DNA from: an archaeon
GTDB taxonomy: Archaea; Iainarchaeota; Iainarchaeia; Iainarchaeales; JANQMZ01
NCBI GenBank assembly: GCA_028279805.1
Contig: JANQMZ010000007.1
Coordinates: 690,001-722,000 of the forward strand
Direction of reading: 5' to 3'
Length of the DNA stretch: 32,000 bases
In this document: in pieces, positions 24,981 to 32,000 of the stretch
Layout: every line of letters starts with the position of its first letter
How positions within the stretch are numbered: position 1 is the stretch's first letter
Position numbers and translations under genes: made by a program
The notes under the pieces: generated by a model
Database searches by the model: none
Seen by the model: only the letters and a program-made list of their open reading frames with translations
Told to the model about the DNA's origin: nothing

Positions 24981-26623
24981 AATTCCAATTCCAATACAGC
25001 GGTTTTTTCTTTTAATCCGAATTTTTCCATTGTTTTTTTTGAAACTATTCCTATAATTCCCCGGTTTAACCCTATTTTTATTTCCGCACTTTTTCCTTTT
25101 TCAAATAATTCCAAATCTTTTTTTGTTAAAGAATAATTCCATGCAAATGCTTTGCATAAGGAATCCAGATGGCTTTTAATTTTGTTAAAATCTGTGCTTT
25201 TATCAGATAAAGTTATGCAAACCGATTCATTTTCCTTTACTCCTGTTTCTTTTTTTGAATCTAATTCCAGAGTGTTTCCAATTTCAAAAATTTTCTGAGG
25301 AAATTCATATCTTTTATTTTTCTGTAAAAATTCCAGGTGTTCCGGGATTATTTTTTTTCTGAAAACACCCCATTCTTTTGAAACCGGATTTGCAAGTTCA
25401 ACAAAATTTTTTTCACCAATGCTTTTCTGTTTTTCACCTGATGTCAAATTGAATGTTAAAATTTCCTGCAAACCCATTCCGACACAAACATCCCTCACTT
25501 TGTCAACAAGCAAAGTTTTTTCAAGTTCTTTTCCCTTGACATCCATTTCAATTTTTTCAAGTTCAATGTTGTTATAGCCTTTGCTTATCAGAATATCCTC
25601 AATTATGTCAACTGCGTGTAAAACATCCTGCCTGTAATCAGGGTATTCAACTTCAATTTTTTTGCCTTTAATTTTTGGATTCATTCCAGCTTTTTTTATT
25701 AATTCTGTTAATTCTTTTTTTTCAATTTTTAATCCTGAAATTTTTTCAATCAGACTTAATTCAAATGAAATTTTTTTGGTTCCAAATTCAGGCGTTAAAA
25801 TGCTTTTTTTTGGATATAAAGGCCTTTTTGGAAAAATCATTTTAACTGTTTCAATTTTGGCTCCCCTGTCCATTAAGGCCATGCTCATTATTTTTAATGC
25901 GGTATTGCATGTATTCCAATTAAAGCCTGTTACTTCCAGAAAAATGTTTTTTGTTTTTTTTGTTATTTTTCCGCTTTTTTCTGAATTGATTATTGGAGGC
26001 ATTGATGCAACAACATTTTCTGAATCAATTACAATAGGATAATTTTCAGATTCTTCCAGCAAATAACCAAATTCTTTTCCTTTCGGATGCTCTCTTAAAA
26101 TTTGTTTCGGATTCATTTCTTTTGAAAATTCCAGCGGAACAAATTTTATTTCACTATTTTTATAACCTTTGTAAAAAACAGGTGGAACCATTTCATCCAG
26201 ATCATATAAGCCAATGCCTGTTTCTTTTCTTTTTCTTCCGAAAGTTGTGCCTATTTTTTCCTGTAACTGAATTATTTGTTCCAACAAGTGTTCTGTTACT
26301 TTAACATTTTTTATAATCGCACAGGTTATGAATGGTCTTGTTTTTGTAACACTTTTTTCAATTGTGCATGAAATTTTTCCTTTAATTGTTTTATATTTTG
26401 GCAGTCCTTTTGTTTTTCCCGTTCTTGTTTTTATTTCTCTTGCAATTCCTTCCGCGCTCCACAAATCAGGCCTGTTTGTTTCTTTTACATCAATTTTTAA
26501 TTCTTCCCCGAATTCATCTAATTCTCCTTTTACAAACATTAACATTTTTTCCAATTCTTTTTTTGAAAGTTTTTTTCCTATAAGCTGGCATAAATCCTTA
26601 TAATTTGCTGTTATTGTTGGCAT
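24977..26623 (-). CDS. pheT: phenylalanine-tRNA ligase beta subunit (archaeal type)
   Basis: Starts MPTITANYKDL. Its ATG overlaps the pheS stop as TAATG (26621-26625). Archaeal-length beta subunit lying directly after pheS. Confidence 0.9.
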   Translation of the reverse strand: MPTITANYKDLCQLIGKKLSKKELEKMLMFVKGELDEFGEELKIDVKETNRPDLWSAEGIAREIKTRTGKTKGLPKYKTIKGKISCTIEKSVTKTRPFITCAIIKNVKVTEHLLEQIIQLQEKIGTTFGRKRKETGIGLYDLDEMVPPVFYKGYKNSEIKFVPLEFSKEMNPKQILREHPKGKEFGYLLEESENYPIVIDSENVVASMPPIINSEKSGKITKKTKNIFLEVTGFNWNTCNTALKIMSMALMDRGAKIETVKMIFPKRPLYPKKSILTPEFGTKKISFELSLIEKISGLKIEKKELTELIKKAGMNPKIKGKKIEVEYPDYRQDVLHAVDIIEDILISKGYNNIELEKIEMDVKGKELEKTLLVDKVRDVCVGMGLQEILTFNLTSGEKQKSIGEKNFVELANPVSKEWGVFRKKIIPEHLEFLQKNKRYEFPQKIFEIGNTLELDSKKETGVKENESVCITLSDKSTDFNKIKSHLDSLCKAFAWNYSLTKKDLELFEKGKSAEIKIGLNRGIIGIVSKKTMEKFGLKEKTAVLELEF

Positions 26624-28062
26624 TATTTTATCACCATTTTTGAATCTCTTAACCATTGTAAATTGTCTGAAAATAATTCCCTTATGTCTTTTATTCCAAG
26701 CTTAAACATTGCAAGCCTGTCAATTCCCAAACCCCATGCTATTGCCTGCCCTTTTATTCCAAGGTTTTCAAGTAATTCCGGCCTGAACATTCCTGCGCCC
26801 CCCAGTTCCATCCACCCAAGTTTTGGATGTTTTGCGCTTAACTGAACTGATGGCTCGGTAAAAGGATAATAATCGGGGTAAAAACGCACTTTTTTTGCTC
26901 CCGCGATTTCTGTTGCAAAATCTTTTAAAATTCCCAAAAGATGCTTAAAATTTAAGTTTTTGTCAACAACAAAACCCTCAACCTGATTAAATTCAATTAA
27001 ATGAGTTGAATCGATTACGTCCGGCCTGAAACAACGGGCAATTGCAAAATATTTGCCGGGCATTTCAACTCCTTTAACCAACTGTTTTGCTGAATGAGCT
27101 GTTCCATGTGCTGCCGGCATAATCCTTGCAGCAATATTTTCAAGCCAGGAATATCTCCAGCCGCTTGAAGCTGATATGCCTCCGTGTTCATGTGCATCTT
27201 TTATTGATTTTACAATTTTTTTATCAGGCAGTCTGCCCTGTTTTGGTTTTATTAACTGGTATGTGTCACTCCATGTTCTTGCAGGATGGTTTTGAGGCTG
27301 AAACAAAACATCAAAATTGTAAAATTCCTGCACAATCAAAGGCGATTCCATTTCTTTGAATCCTAATTCTGTTAGTTTTCTTCTGATGCTGTTCAAAAAC
27401 TGAACATATGGTTGTTTTTTTCCAATGTAAAAAGGTTCAACCTGTTCATCCAAAACAAATGTTCTTTTTTTAACTTTTTTTAACAATTCGTAAACTTTTT
27501 TTCCTTTTTCTGACAATTCCATTTTTATTTCTTTAACTGTTTTTTCTTCAATTAATCCCCGTTCAGTTAATCCTGAAACATTTTCAGTTTTTTCATTGTT
27601 TTTAATTTTTTTTAAAATTTTTTCTTCTTCAGATTCTTTTGCTGAAAATTCTTTTCCGACACTTGTTGCTGAAACTAACCCGTTTTCAATTGCAATAAAA
27701 GAATTTTTTTTGTTTTCACCTAATGCCGCATTCACTTCCTCTTTTTCAAGTGAAGCTTTTTCCGCAAGTTCACTGATTGAAATTTTTTCTTTTAAAACTG
27801 TTTTAAGCAAACGCTTTTCAGGCAAACCTTTTTCCAATGCCTTTAATCCTTTTTTTGTTAAAACTTTTTTTGTTTTTATTTTGCTCTTTGTCAAAGCCAG
27901 TTTTTTATGGGCAAGCCATTCTGTTGCTCTTCTTGCCGAGTCTATGTTTAATTTTGTTGCTTTTATTAATTCTTCAAATGTTAACTGTTTTTGCTTAACA
28001 AGTGCTTTTAACGCGGTTTTTTCTATTTCCGATAATTCTTCAGCTAACTTTAATTCGCTCAA
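26623..28062 (-). CDS. pheS: phenylalanine-tRNA ligase alpha subunit
   Basis: Class II motifs FRPDVIDSTHLIEFNQVEG, GAGMFRPELL, GLGIDRLAM. TTG start at 28062 with AGGTG (28068-28072) 5 nt upstream. Confidence 0.95.
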   Translation of the reverse strand: MSELKLAEELSEIEKTALKALVKQKQLTFEELIKATKLNIDSARRATEWLAHKKLALTKSKIKTKKVLTKKGLKALEKGLPEKRLLKTVLKEKISISELAEKASLEKEEVNAALGENKKNSFIAIENGLVSATSVGKEFSAKESEEEKILKKIKNNEKTENVSGLTERGLIEEKTVKEIKMELSEKGKKVYELLKKVKKRTFVLDEQVEPFYIGKKQPYVQFLNSIRRKLTELGFKEMESPLIVQEFYNFDVLFQPQNHPARTWSDTYQLIKPKQGRLPDKKIVKSIKDAHEHGGISASSGWRYSWLENIAARIMPAAHGTAHSAKQLVKGVEMPGKYFAIARCFRPDVIDSTHLIEFNQVEGFVVDKNLNFKHLLGILKDFATEIAGAKKVRFYPDYYPFTEPSVQLSAKHPKLGWMELGGAGMFRPELLENLGIKGQAIAWGLGIDRLAMFKLGIKDIRELFSDNLQWLRDSKMVIK

Positions 28063-28134
28063 AAAAACACCTTTTTTTATGCTTTTATTAATGGCATTAG
28101 TAATTTAAAGTATTTTTGCCAAGCTTTTTTTTGT

Positions 28135-28548
28135 ATGCTTTTTGTTCTGGATGCCTCAGCTTTAATTAATGAGCCAAATTTTTCTTTTGAAGAAAAACAC
28201 TCATACATTACAACGCGGCTTGTTGTCCAAGAACTCAAAACTTTTGAAACAAAATATTTGACTGACAATGCTTTACATCATGATATTTTAAAAATTAAAA
28301 ACCCTGAAGAAAAAACATTAAAAAAAATTGAAAAACTTGTCAAAAAAAAAGGTTTCAGACCTTTATCTCCTGCAGATGTTTCAGTTATAGCTCTGGCTCT
28401 GGAGTTAAAAAATTCTGGAAAAAATTTTCAGGTTTTAACTGATGATTATTCTGTTCAGAATTTTTTAAAACTTTTAAAAATAAGTTTTTCTTCAGTTATT
28501 CAAGGTGAAATTAAAAAAACAATTGAATTTGAAAAAAAAGACAATTAG
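28135..28548 (+). CDS. PIN-domain protein, Nob1-like (20S pre-rRNA D-site endonuclease-like), lacking the zinc ribbon
   Basis: VLDASALI, TTRLVVQELK, LSPADVSVIALALEL, VLTDDYSVQNFLKLL. The 137-aa protein contains no cysteines, so no CxxC pairs. Confidence 0.65.
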   Translation: MLFVLDASALINEPNFSFEEKHSYITTRLVVQELKTFETKYLTDNALHHDILKIKNPEEKTLKKIEKLVKKKGFRPLSPADVSVIALALELKNSGKNFQVLTDDYSVQNFLKLLKISFSSVIQGEIKKTIEFEKKDN

Positions 28549-29366
28549 TCTTCCTCTTCTTCCGAACCGAATTCTGTGTTTGCAATAATATAATCCTGTG
28601 CCTGTTTTGTTAACGGTTTCCTGTAATAATATGTTAATAAAATCAGTGCAATAATAACAGCAACAGTTAACCATAAAATTTCATTTTTGCTTTTTTCAAT
28701 AAAATTTTTAACAGTAAAAGAAATACTGAACCTTGGCGCGATTTGTTTCCAGTATTTATAATCAAGACTTAAATCGTTTGTCCTGCTTTCTTTCCATGTT
28801 ACAATTATTCTTGTACCCGTATCAGTTATTCCTGCGGCTGGACTAATGTCTTCAGGTTCAATTGTTGACTGCGGGGGCAAAATAAATGAAATAAAAGTAT
28901 TTGCAGGAATAACATAAAAAGGCCTTTCCAAAAACTGCTGCATTACCGGCTTGCTTATTTCAAATTCGTCAAGCCTGCTTGTTGATGTTTTTATAACGGT
29001 TATTGGTTTTGTTAACTGGTATGTTATTTCAATATATTTTTCGTCTGAAGGAGCTTCAATAAATGACAATCTGCCTGTGTTTGATTTTAAGTCATCCTGT
29101 GAACCTATATGTGTCCTGATATCCGAATCGTATTCTTTCCATTTTTCCAAATCAACTCCCAGCTGTGCACTGTCCTCTTTAAACTGGTTAAAAGAAGCGT
29201 TTGAAGCAAAAAATACGTAAAAACGCTCTGTTATTGTTGCATTTCCTTCGGCATCCAAATCAATGTCAATTGAATGGTTATAAATGGAATAAGGCTGTCC
29301 GAACGAGTTTAAAGCCAGAAAAACCAAAAAAAGCAAAATTGTTGTTTTTTTCATTTTAATCGTCAT
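28545..29366 (-). CDS. hypothetical surface protein: signal peptide, ~220-aa ectodomain, C-terminal TM anchor, acidic tail
   Basis: MKKTTILLFLVFLALNSFG signal, C-terminal ILWLTVAVIIALILLTYYY helix, tail ..GSEEEED. Confidence 0.55.
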   Translation of the reverse strand: MTIKMKKTTILLFLVFLALNSFGQPYSIYNHSIDIDLDAEGNATITERFYVFFASNASFNQFKEDSAQLGVDLEKWKEYDSDIRTHIGSQDDLKSNTGRLSFIEAPSDEKYIEITYQLTKPITVIKTSTSRLDEFEISKPVMQQFLERPFYVIPANTFISFILPPQSTIEPEDISPAAGITDTGTRIIVTWKESRTNDLSLDYKYWKQIAPRFSISFTVKNFIEKSKNEILWLTVAVIIALILLTYYYRKPLTKQAQDYIIANTEFGSEEEED

Positions 29367-29456
29367 TATATAATAGCGTTTTTTGTTTAAATTTTATTGT
29401 TTTTGCGATTAGTTGGTATTTTTAATAAGTCCCTAATTTCTTTTTATTAGGTTTCA

Positions 29457-30140
29457 ATGGTTTCTCTTCAGTTTTTTGGTCATGCTTTCTTTAAGATAAA
29501 TTTTTCTTCAGGAACTTTTTTAATAGACCCTTTTGTTTACTGTGAAGATGAAACAAAAAGACTGGTTAAATGCCATCATTCTGCTAAAAAAATAAAAAAA
29601 GTTGACGCAATTCTTATAACACATGAACATTTTGACCATTTTGACAAAAAAGCTGTTGAAGAATTTTGCGAAAAACATGAATGCTGTGTTATTGCACACG
29701 AATCTGTTTTAAACGAATTAAATATTGAAAAAAATCTGAAAAGACCTGTTGTAAGAGACCAGGTTTTGAACATTAAAGGAGTTGAAATTAAAGCTGTTCC
29801 TGTTCAGCATCCTCAATCCTTTTATCCGCTTGGCTACCAGTTAATTTCAGATGATGTTAAAATTTTACATGCAGGTGATTCCTACCTTTCAACCGCCTTT
29901 AACAATTTAAAATCAAACATTGTTTTGTTTCCGATCGGAGGAAAATATACAATGGATGTAATTGATGCTGTCAAAGCTGTTAAAAATATGAAACCCGATA
30001 TTGCAATTCCGATGTCATTTAACACTTTTGATTTTATTGAAGCTTCTCCTGACGAATTTAAAGAGCGTATTGATAAAAGCATTCTGAAAACAAAACCTAT
30101 TGTTTTAAAGCCGGGTGAAAACTTTTCTTACAAGCCTTGA
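29457..30140 (+). CDS. metallo-beta-lactamase-fold hydrolase (UPF0173-like)
   Basis: FFGHAFFKI..FLIDPF and ILITHEHFDHFD (HxHxDH); 227 aa. Confidence 0.8.
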   Translation: MVSLQFFGHAFFKINFSSGTFLIDPFVYCEDETKRLVKCHHSAKKIKKVDAILITHEHFDHFDKKAVEEFCEKHECCVIAHESVLNELNIEKNLKRPVVRDQVLNIKGVEIKAVPVQHPQSFYPLGYQLISDDVKILHAGDSYLSTAFNNLKSNIVLFPIGGKYTMDVIDAVKAVKNMKPDIAIPMSFNTFDFIEASPDEFKERIDKSILKTKPIVLKPGENFSYKP

Positions 30141-30814
30141 ACGTTTTCCAAATCTTTTTCTGTACTGAAGTGAACAAATTTTTTATCAGATTCAACAAAG
30201 GAAGCTTTGCCTTTTTCCGCTAACCTGTTTACCGCGTCCGGCAGTTCAAATTCTCTTCTTTTGCTTAATGTTATTTTTTCAAGTTCTGAAAAAAGTCCTG
30301 ATGAAAACTTGTAAACTCCGGCATTAATCAGATTGCTTTCCGGTTTTTCAGGTTTTTCTTCAATTCCCAAAAGCTTTTCCCCGTCTGTTTTTAAAACCCC
30401 AAAATTTTCAGGTTTTTGTGCTTTTTTGGCCAAAACAACGCATTCAAATCCTTTTTTTTGAATGACTTTTTGCATATCCTCGGCATCCGTTAAAACATCC
30501 ACATTTAACACAATAAAATCTTTTTCTCCCACATTTTTTTTCACTCTTATAACTGCATGCCCTGTTCCCCACAACTGTGTCTGGTCCACAAATTCCAAAG
30601 GAATGCCTCTGAATTTTTCTGAAAACTTTTTTTTAACCATATCCGCTTTATATTCAACGACTATAATTATTTTTTCAGGCTTTAATTCTGAAACAGTTTC
30701 AAGATTTCTTTTAAGCAAACTTTTTCCCTTAACTTTAACCAGTGCTTTCGGAATTTTATCCGTTAAAGGTTTCATTCTATTCCCTTTCCCTGCTGCAAGT
30801 ATTACAAAAATCAT
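30128..30814 (-). CDS. sugar-phosphate nucleotidyltransferase (GlmU N-terminal/RmlA-like fold)
   Basis: MIFVILAAGKGNRMKPLTDKIPKALVKVKGKSLL signature; 228 aa. ATGA overlap with rnz. Confidence 0.8.
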   Translation of the reverse strand: MIFVILAAGKGNRMKPLTDKIPKALVKVKGKSLLKRNLETVSELKPEKIIIVVEYKADMVKKKFSEKFRGIPLEFVDQTQLWGTGHAVIRVKKNVGEKDFIVLNVDVLTDAEDMQKVIQKKGFECVVLAKKAQKPENFGVLKTDGEKLLGIEEKPEKPESNLINAGVYKFSSGLFSELEKITLSKRREFELPDAVNRLAEKGKASFVESDKKFVHFSTEKDLENVQGL

Positions 30815-31743
30815 TTTATTTTTCCCGGTGGATTTTTTTCAATTTTTATTTTCATTAAATCTTTTGCTATAACCGCTTTTTTAAATTTTTTTAACGCTTC
30901 CTTTTCAATGTTTTTATCATTTTTATATCTTGGAGAAATATGGGTTAAAAACAATTTTTTTGGTTTCACTTTTTTTGCAATTGCTGCAGCCTGTAAAACA
31001 GTTGAATGTTTTGCTTCTTTTGCTTTTTGTTTTTCTGTTTCCAAAAAAGTTGCTTCATGAATCAGAACATCACAGTTTTTTAAATTTTTTAAATAATTTC
31101 CGGGAGCTGTATCCAAAGCAATGCAAACTTTCCTCCCTTTTCTTCCTTTTGAATAATTCATAACCTGTTCAGGTGTAAAAGTTTTGCCTTTAACTTTTAC
31201 TTTTTTTCCTGACTGCAGTTTTGCATACAATGGCCCGACAGGAATTCCCAGCTTTTCTGCTTTTTTTCTTTCAAATGTTGCCGTTTTGTCTTTTTCTTTA
31301 AAACAAAAACCAAAACATTTCACTGTATGATTTAATTCAAATGCTTCTATGAAAAAATTTTTTTCTTCAAAAATTTTTCCTTTTTTTATTTCTTTTACTT
31401 TTATTTCAAAACCAATGTCTAAAGTTTTTTTAACCATTTTTCGTGCATCTGAAACAATTTGTTCAATTCCTTTAGGCCCAAAAATTTGCAGGGGCATTTT
31501 TCTTTCATTTAAGCTCATTGTTGCAAATAATCCGGGCAATCCCAGAAAATGGTCCGGATGGAAATGGCTTATAAAAATGGCATTTAACTGCATTAATTTA
31601 AAATTTGCTTTCATTAACTGCCTTTGAGTTCCCTCTGAACAGTCAAATAAAGCCCTGAATCCTTCAAATTTTAAAGCTATTGCGTTAACATTCCTGTTTT
31701 TTGTAGGCATTGAACCGGATGTTCCTAGAAAAACTATTTTCAT
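30811..31743 (-). CDS. rnz: ribonuclease Z (tRNA 3' endonuclease)
   Basis: MKIVFLGTSGSMPT, LFDCSEGTQRQL, FISHFHPDHFLGLPGL; 310 aa. Confidence 0.9.
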   Translation of the reverse strand: MKIVFLGTSGSMPTKNRNVNAIALKFEGFRALFDCSEGTQRQLMKANFKLMQLNAIFISHFHPDHFLGLPGLFATMSLNERKMPLQIFGPKGIEQIVSDARKMVKKTLDIGFEIKVKEIKKGKIFEEKNFFIEAFELNHTVKCFGFCFKEKDKTATFERKKAEKLGIPVGPLYAKLQSGKKVKVKGKTFTPEQVMNYSKGRKGRKVCIALDTAPGNYLKNLKNCDVLIHEATFLETEKQKAKEAKHSTVLQAAAIAKKVKPKKLFLTHISPRYKNDKNIEKEALKKFKKAVIAKDLMKIKIEKNPPGKIK

Positions 31744-31780
31744 TTTTTTTCACTCAAAAATGCTGCTTAAAAGTTCTTTT

Positions 31781-31805
31781 AATGCTTTTTTTTGGTTAAA
31801 GCATT
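31781..31805. other. 8-bp perfect inverted repeat (AATGCTTT n9 AAAGCATT) in the rnz/lon divergent spacer
   Basis: Read directly from the sequence: 31781-31788 pairs with 31798-31805, followed by a T run (31807-31812). Function unknown. Confidence 0.5.
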
Positions 31806-31839
31806 GTTTTTTAATCATTTTACCCTGTTTTTTCTTTTA

Positions 31840-32000
31840 ATGCCTTCATCCAAATATTCCAAAATTAAAACAACTGCAGACATAAACGTTTCAGAAAAAA
31901 TAATTAACCAGGTTATCGGACAGGAAAAAGCTGTTGAAATTATAAGAAAAGCATCTGCTCAGAAAAGAAACGTTTTGCTTATTGGTTTGCCGGGAATAGG
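31840..32000 (+). CDS. lon: archaeal Lon protease (LonB-type), 5' part, runs off the window
   Basis: MPSSKYSKIKTTADINVSEKIINQVIGQEKAVEIIRKASAQKRNVLLIGLPGIG. The IINQVIGQEKAVEII..QKRNVLLIG.PG stretch is the typical LonB N-terminus leading into Walker A. Confidence 0.8.
   Translation, partial: MPSSKYSKIKTTADINVSEKIINQVIGQEKAVEIIRKASAQKRNVLLIGLPGI

Noticed and set aside
27596-28108. 170-aa ORF antisense to pheS
   Set aside because: Shadow ORF opposite a gene carrying all three class II synthetase motifs. Phe/Ser-rich low-complexity sequence.
28135-28548. VapC toxin of a toxin-antitoxin pair
   Set aside because: No small upstream antitoxin ORF exists; the 72-nt spacer to pheS is promoter-sized. 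The TDDYSVQN motif is Nob1-like rather than VapC-like.
31760-31840. 26-codon upstream ORF (MLLKSSFNAFFWLKHCFLIILPCFFF) ending in a TAATG overlap with lon
   Set aside because: It is a Phe/Leu-rich product of a T-rich spacer. An open frame of this length is expected by chance, there is no SD, and the region is better explained by the inverted repeat.
1-32000. CRISPR arrays, transposases/integrases, prophage or defence-island genes, rRNA/tRNA genes
   Set aside because: I scanned ORF translations and spacers and saw no regularly spaced direct repeats, recombinase, Cas or restriction-type motifs, or cloverleaf-capable GC-rich segments. This is a by-eye reading, not a computational search.

Overview
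AT-rich, very tightly packed archaeal chromosome segment. The gene set (Orc1/Cdc6, RFC large subunit, NucS/EndoMS, CDC48/VAT, archaeal two-subunit PheRS, LonB, family-4 UDG), lysine-rich small proteins and frequent gene overlaps fit a small-genome, DPANN-like archaeon, but that placement is inference. All product calls come from motifs read in the translations; no database search was run. About 40 protein genes are supported, using the standard code, with GGAGG/GGTGA Shine-Dalgarno motifs and several TTG/GTG starts. Most of the window is housekeeping: nucleotide metabolism, replication/repair, translation and proteostasis. I saw no rRNA, tRNA, CRISPR array or mobile element. The non-core part is 16.2-20.8 kb. 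It holds at least six genes for class III (type IV pilin-like) signal-peptide proteins, one of them a 59-aa gene missing from the ORF track. They are flanked by a divergently transcribed fused double Lrp/AsnC regulator, a His-rich membrane protein and a secreted SNase-type lipoprotein nuclease. The most unusual non-coding signal is a GC-rich 69-nt hairpin followed by T8 between cutA and udg. Its interior carries a 15-nt stretch perfectly complementary to positions -15..-1 of one pilin-like gene, which suggests a small RNA acting on the pilin operon. Smaller observations are a stand-alone NFACT-R gene beside cdc48, identical nucleotide blocks in the D1 and D2 halves of cdc48, short C-terminal PIP-like QTxLF tails, a Nob1-type PIN protein without a zinc ribbon, and recurrent TTAA stop-stop overlaps.
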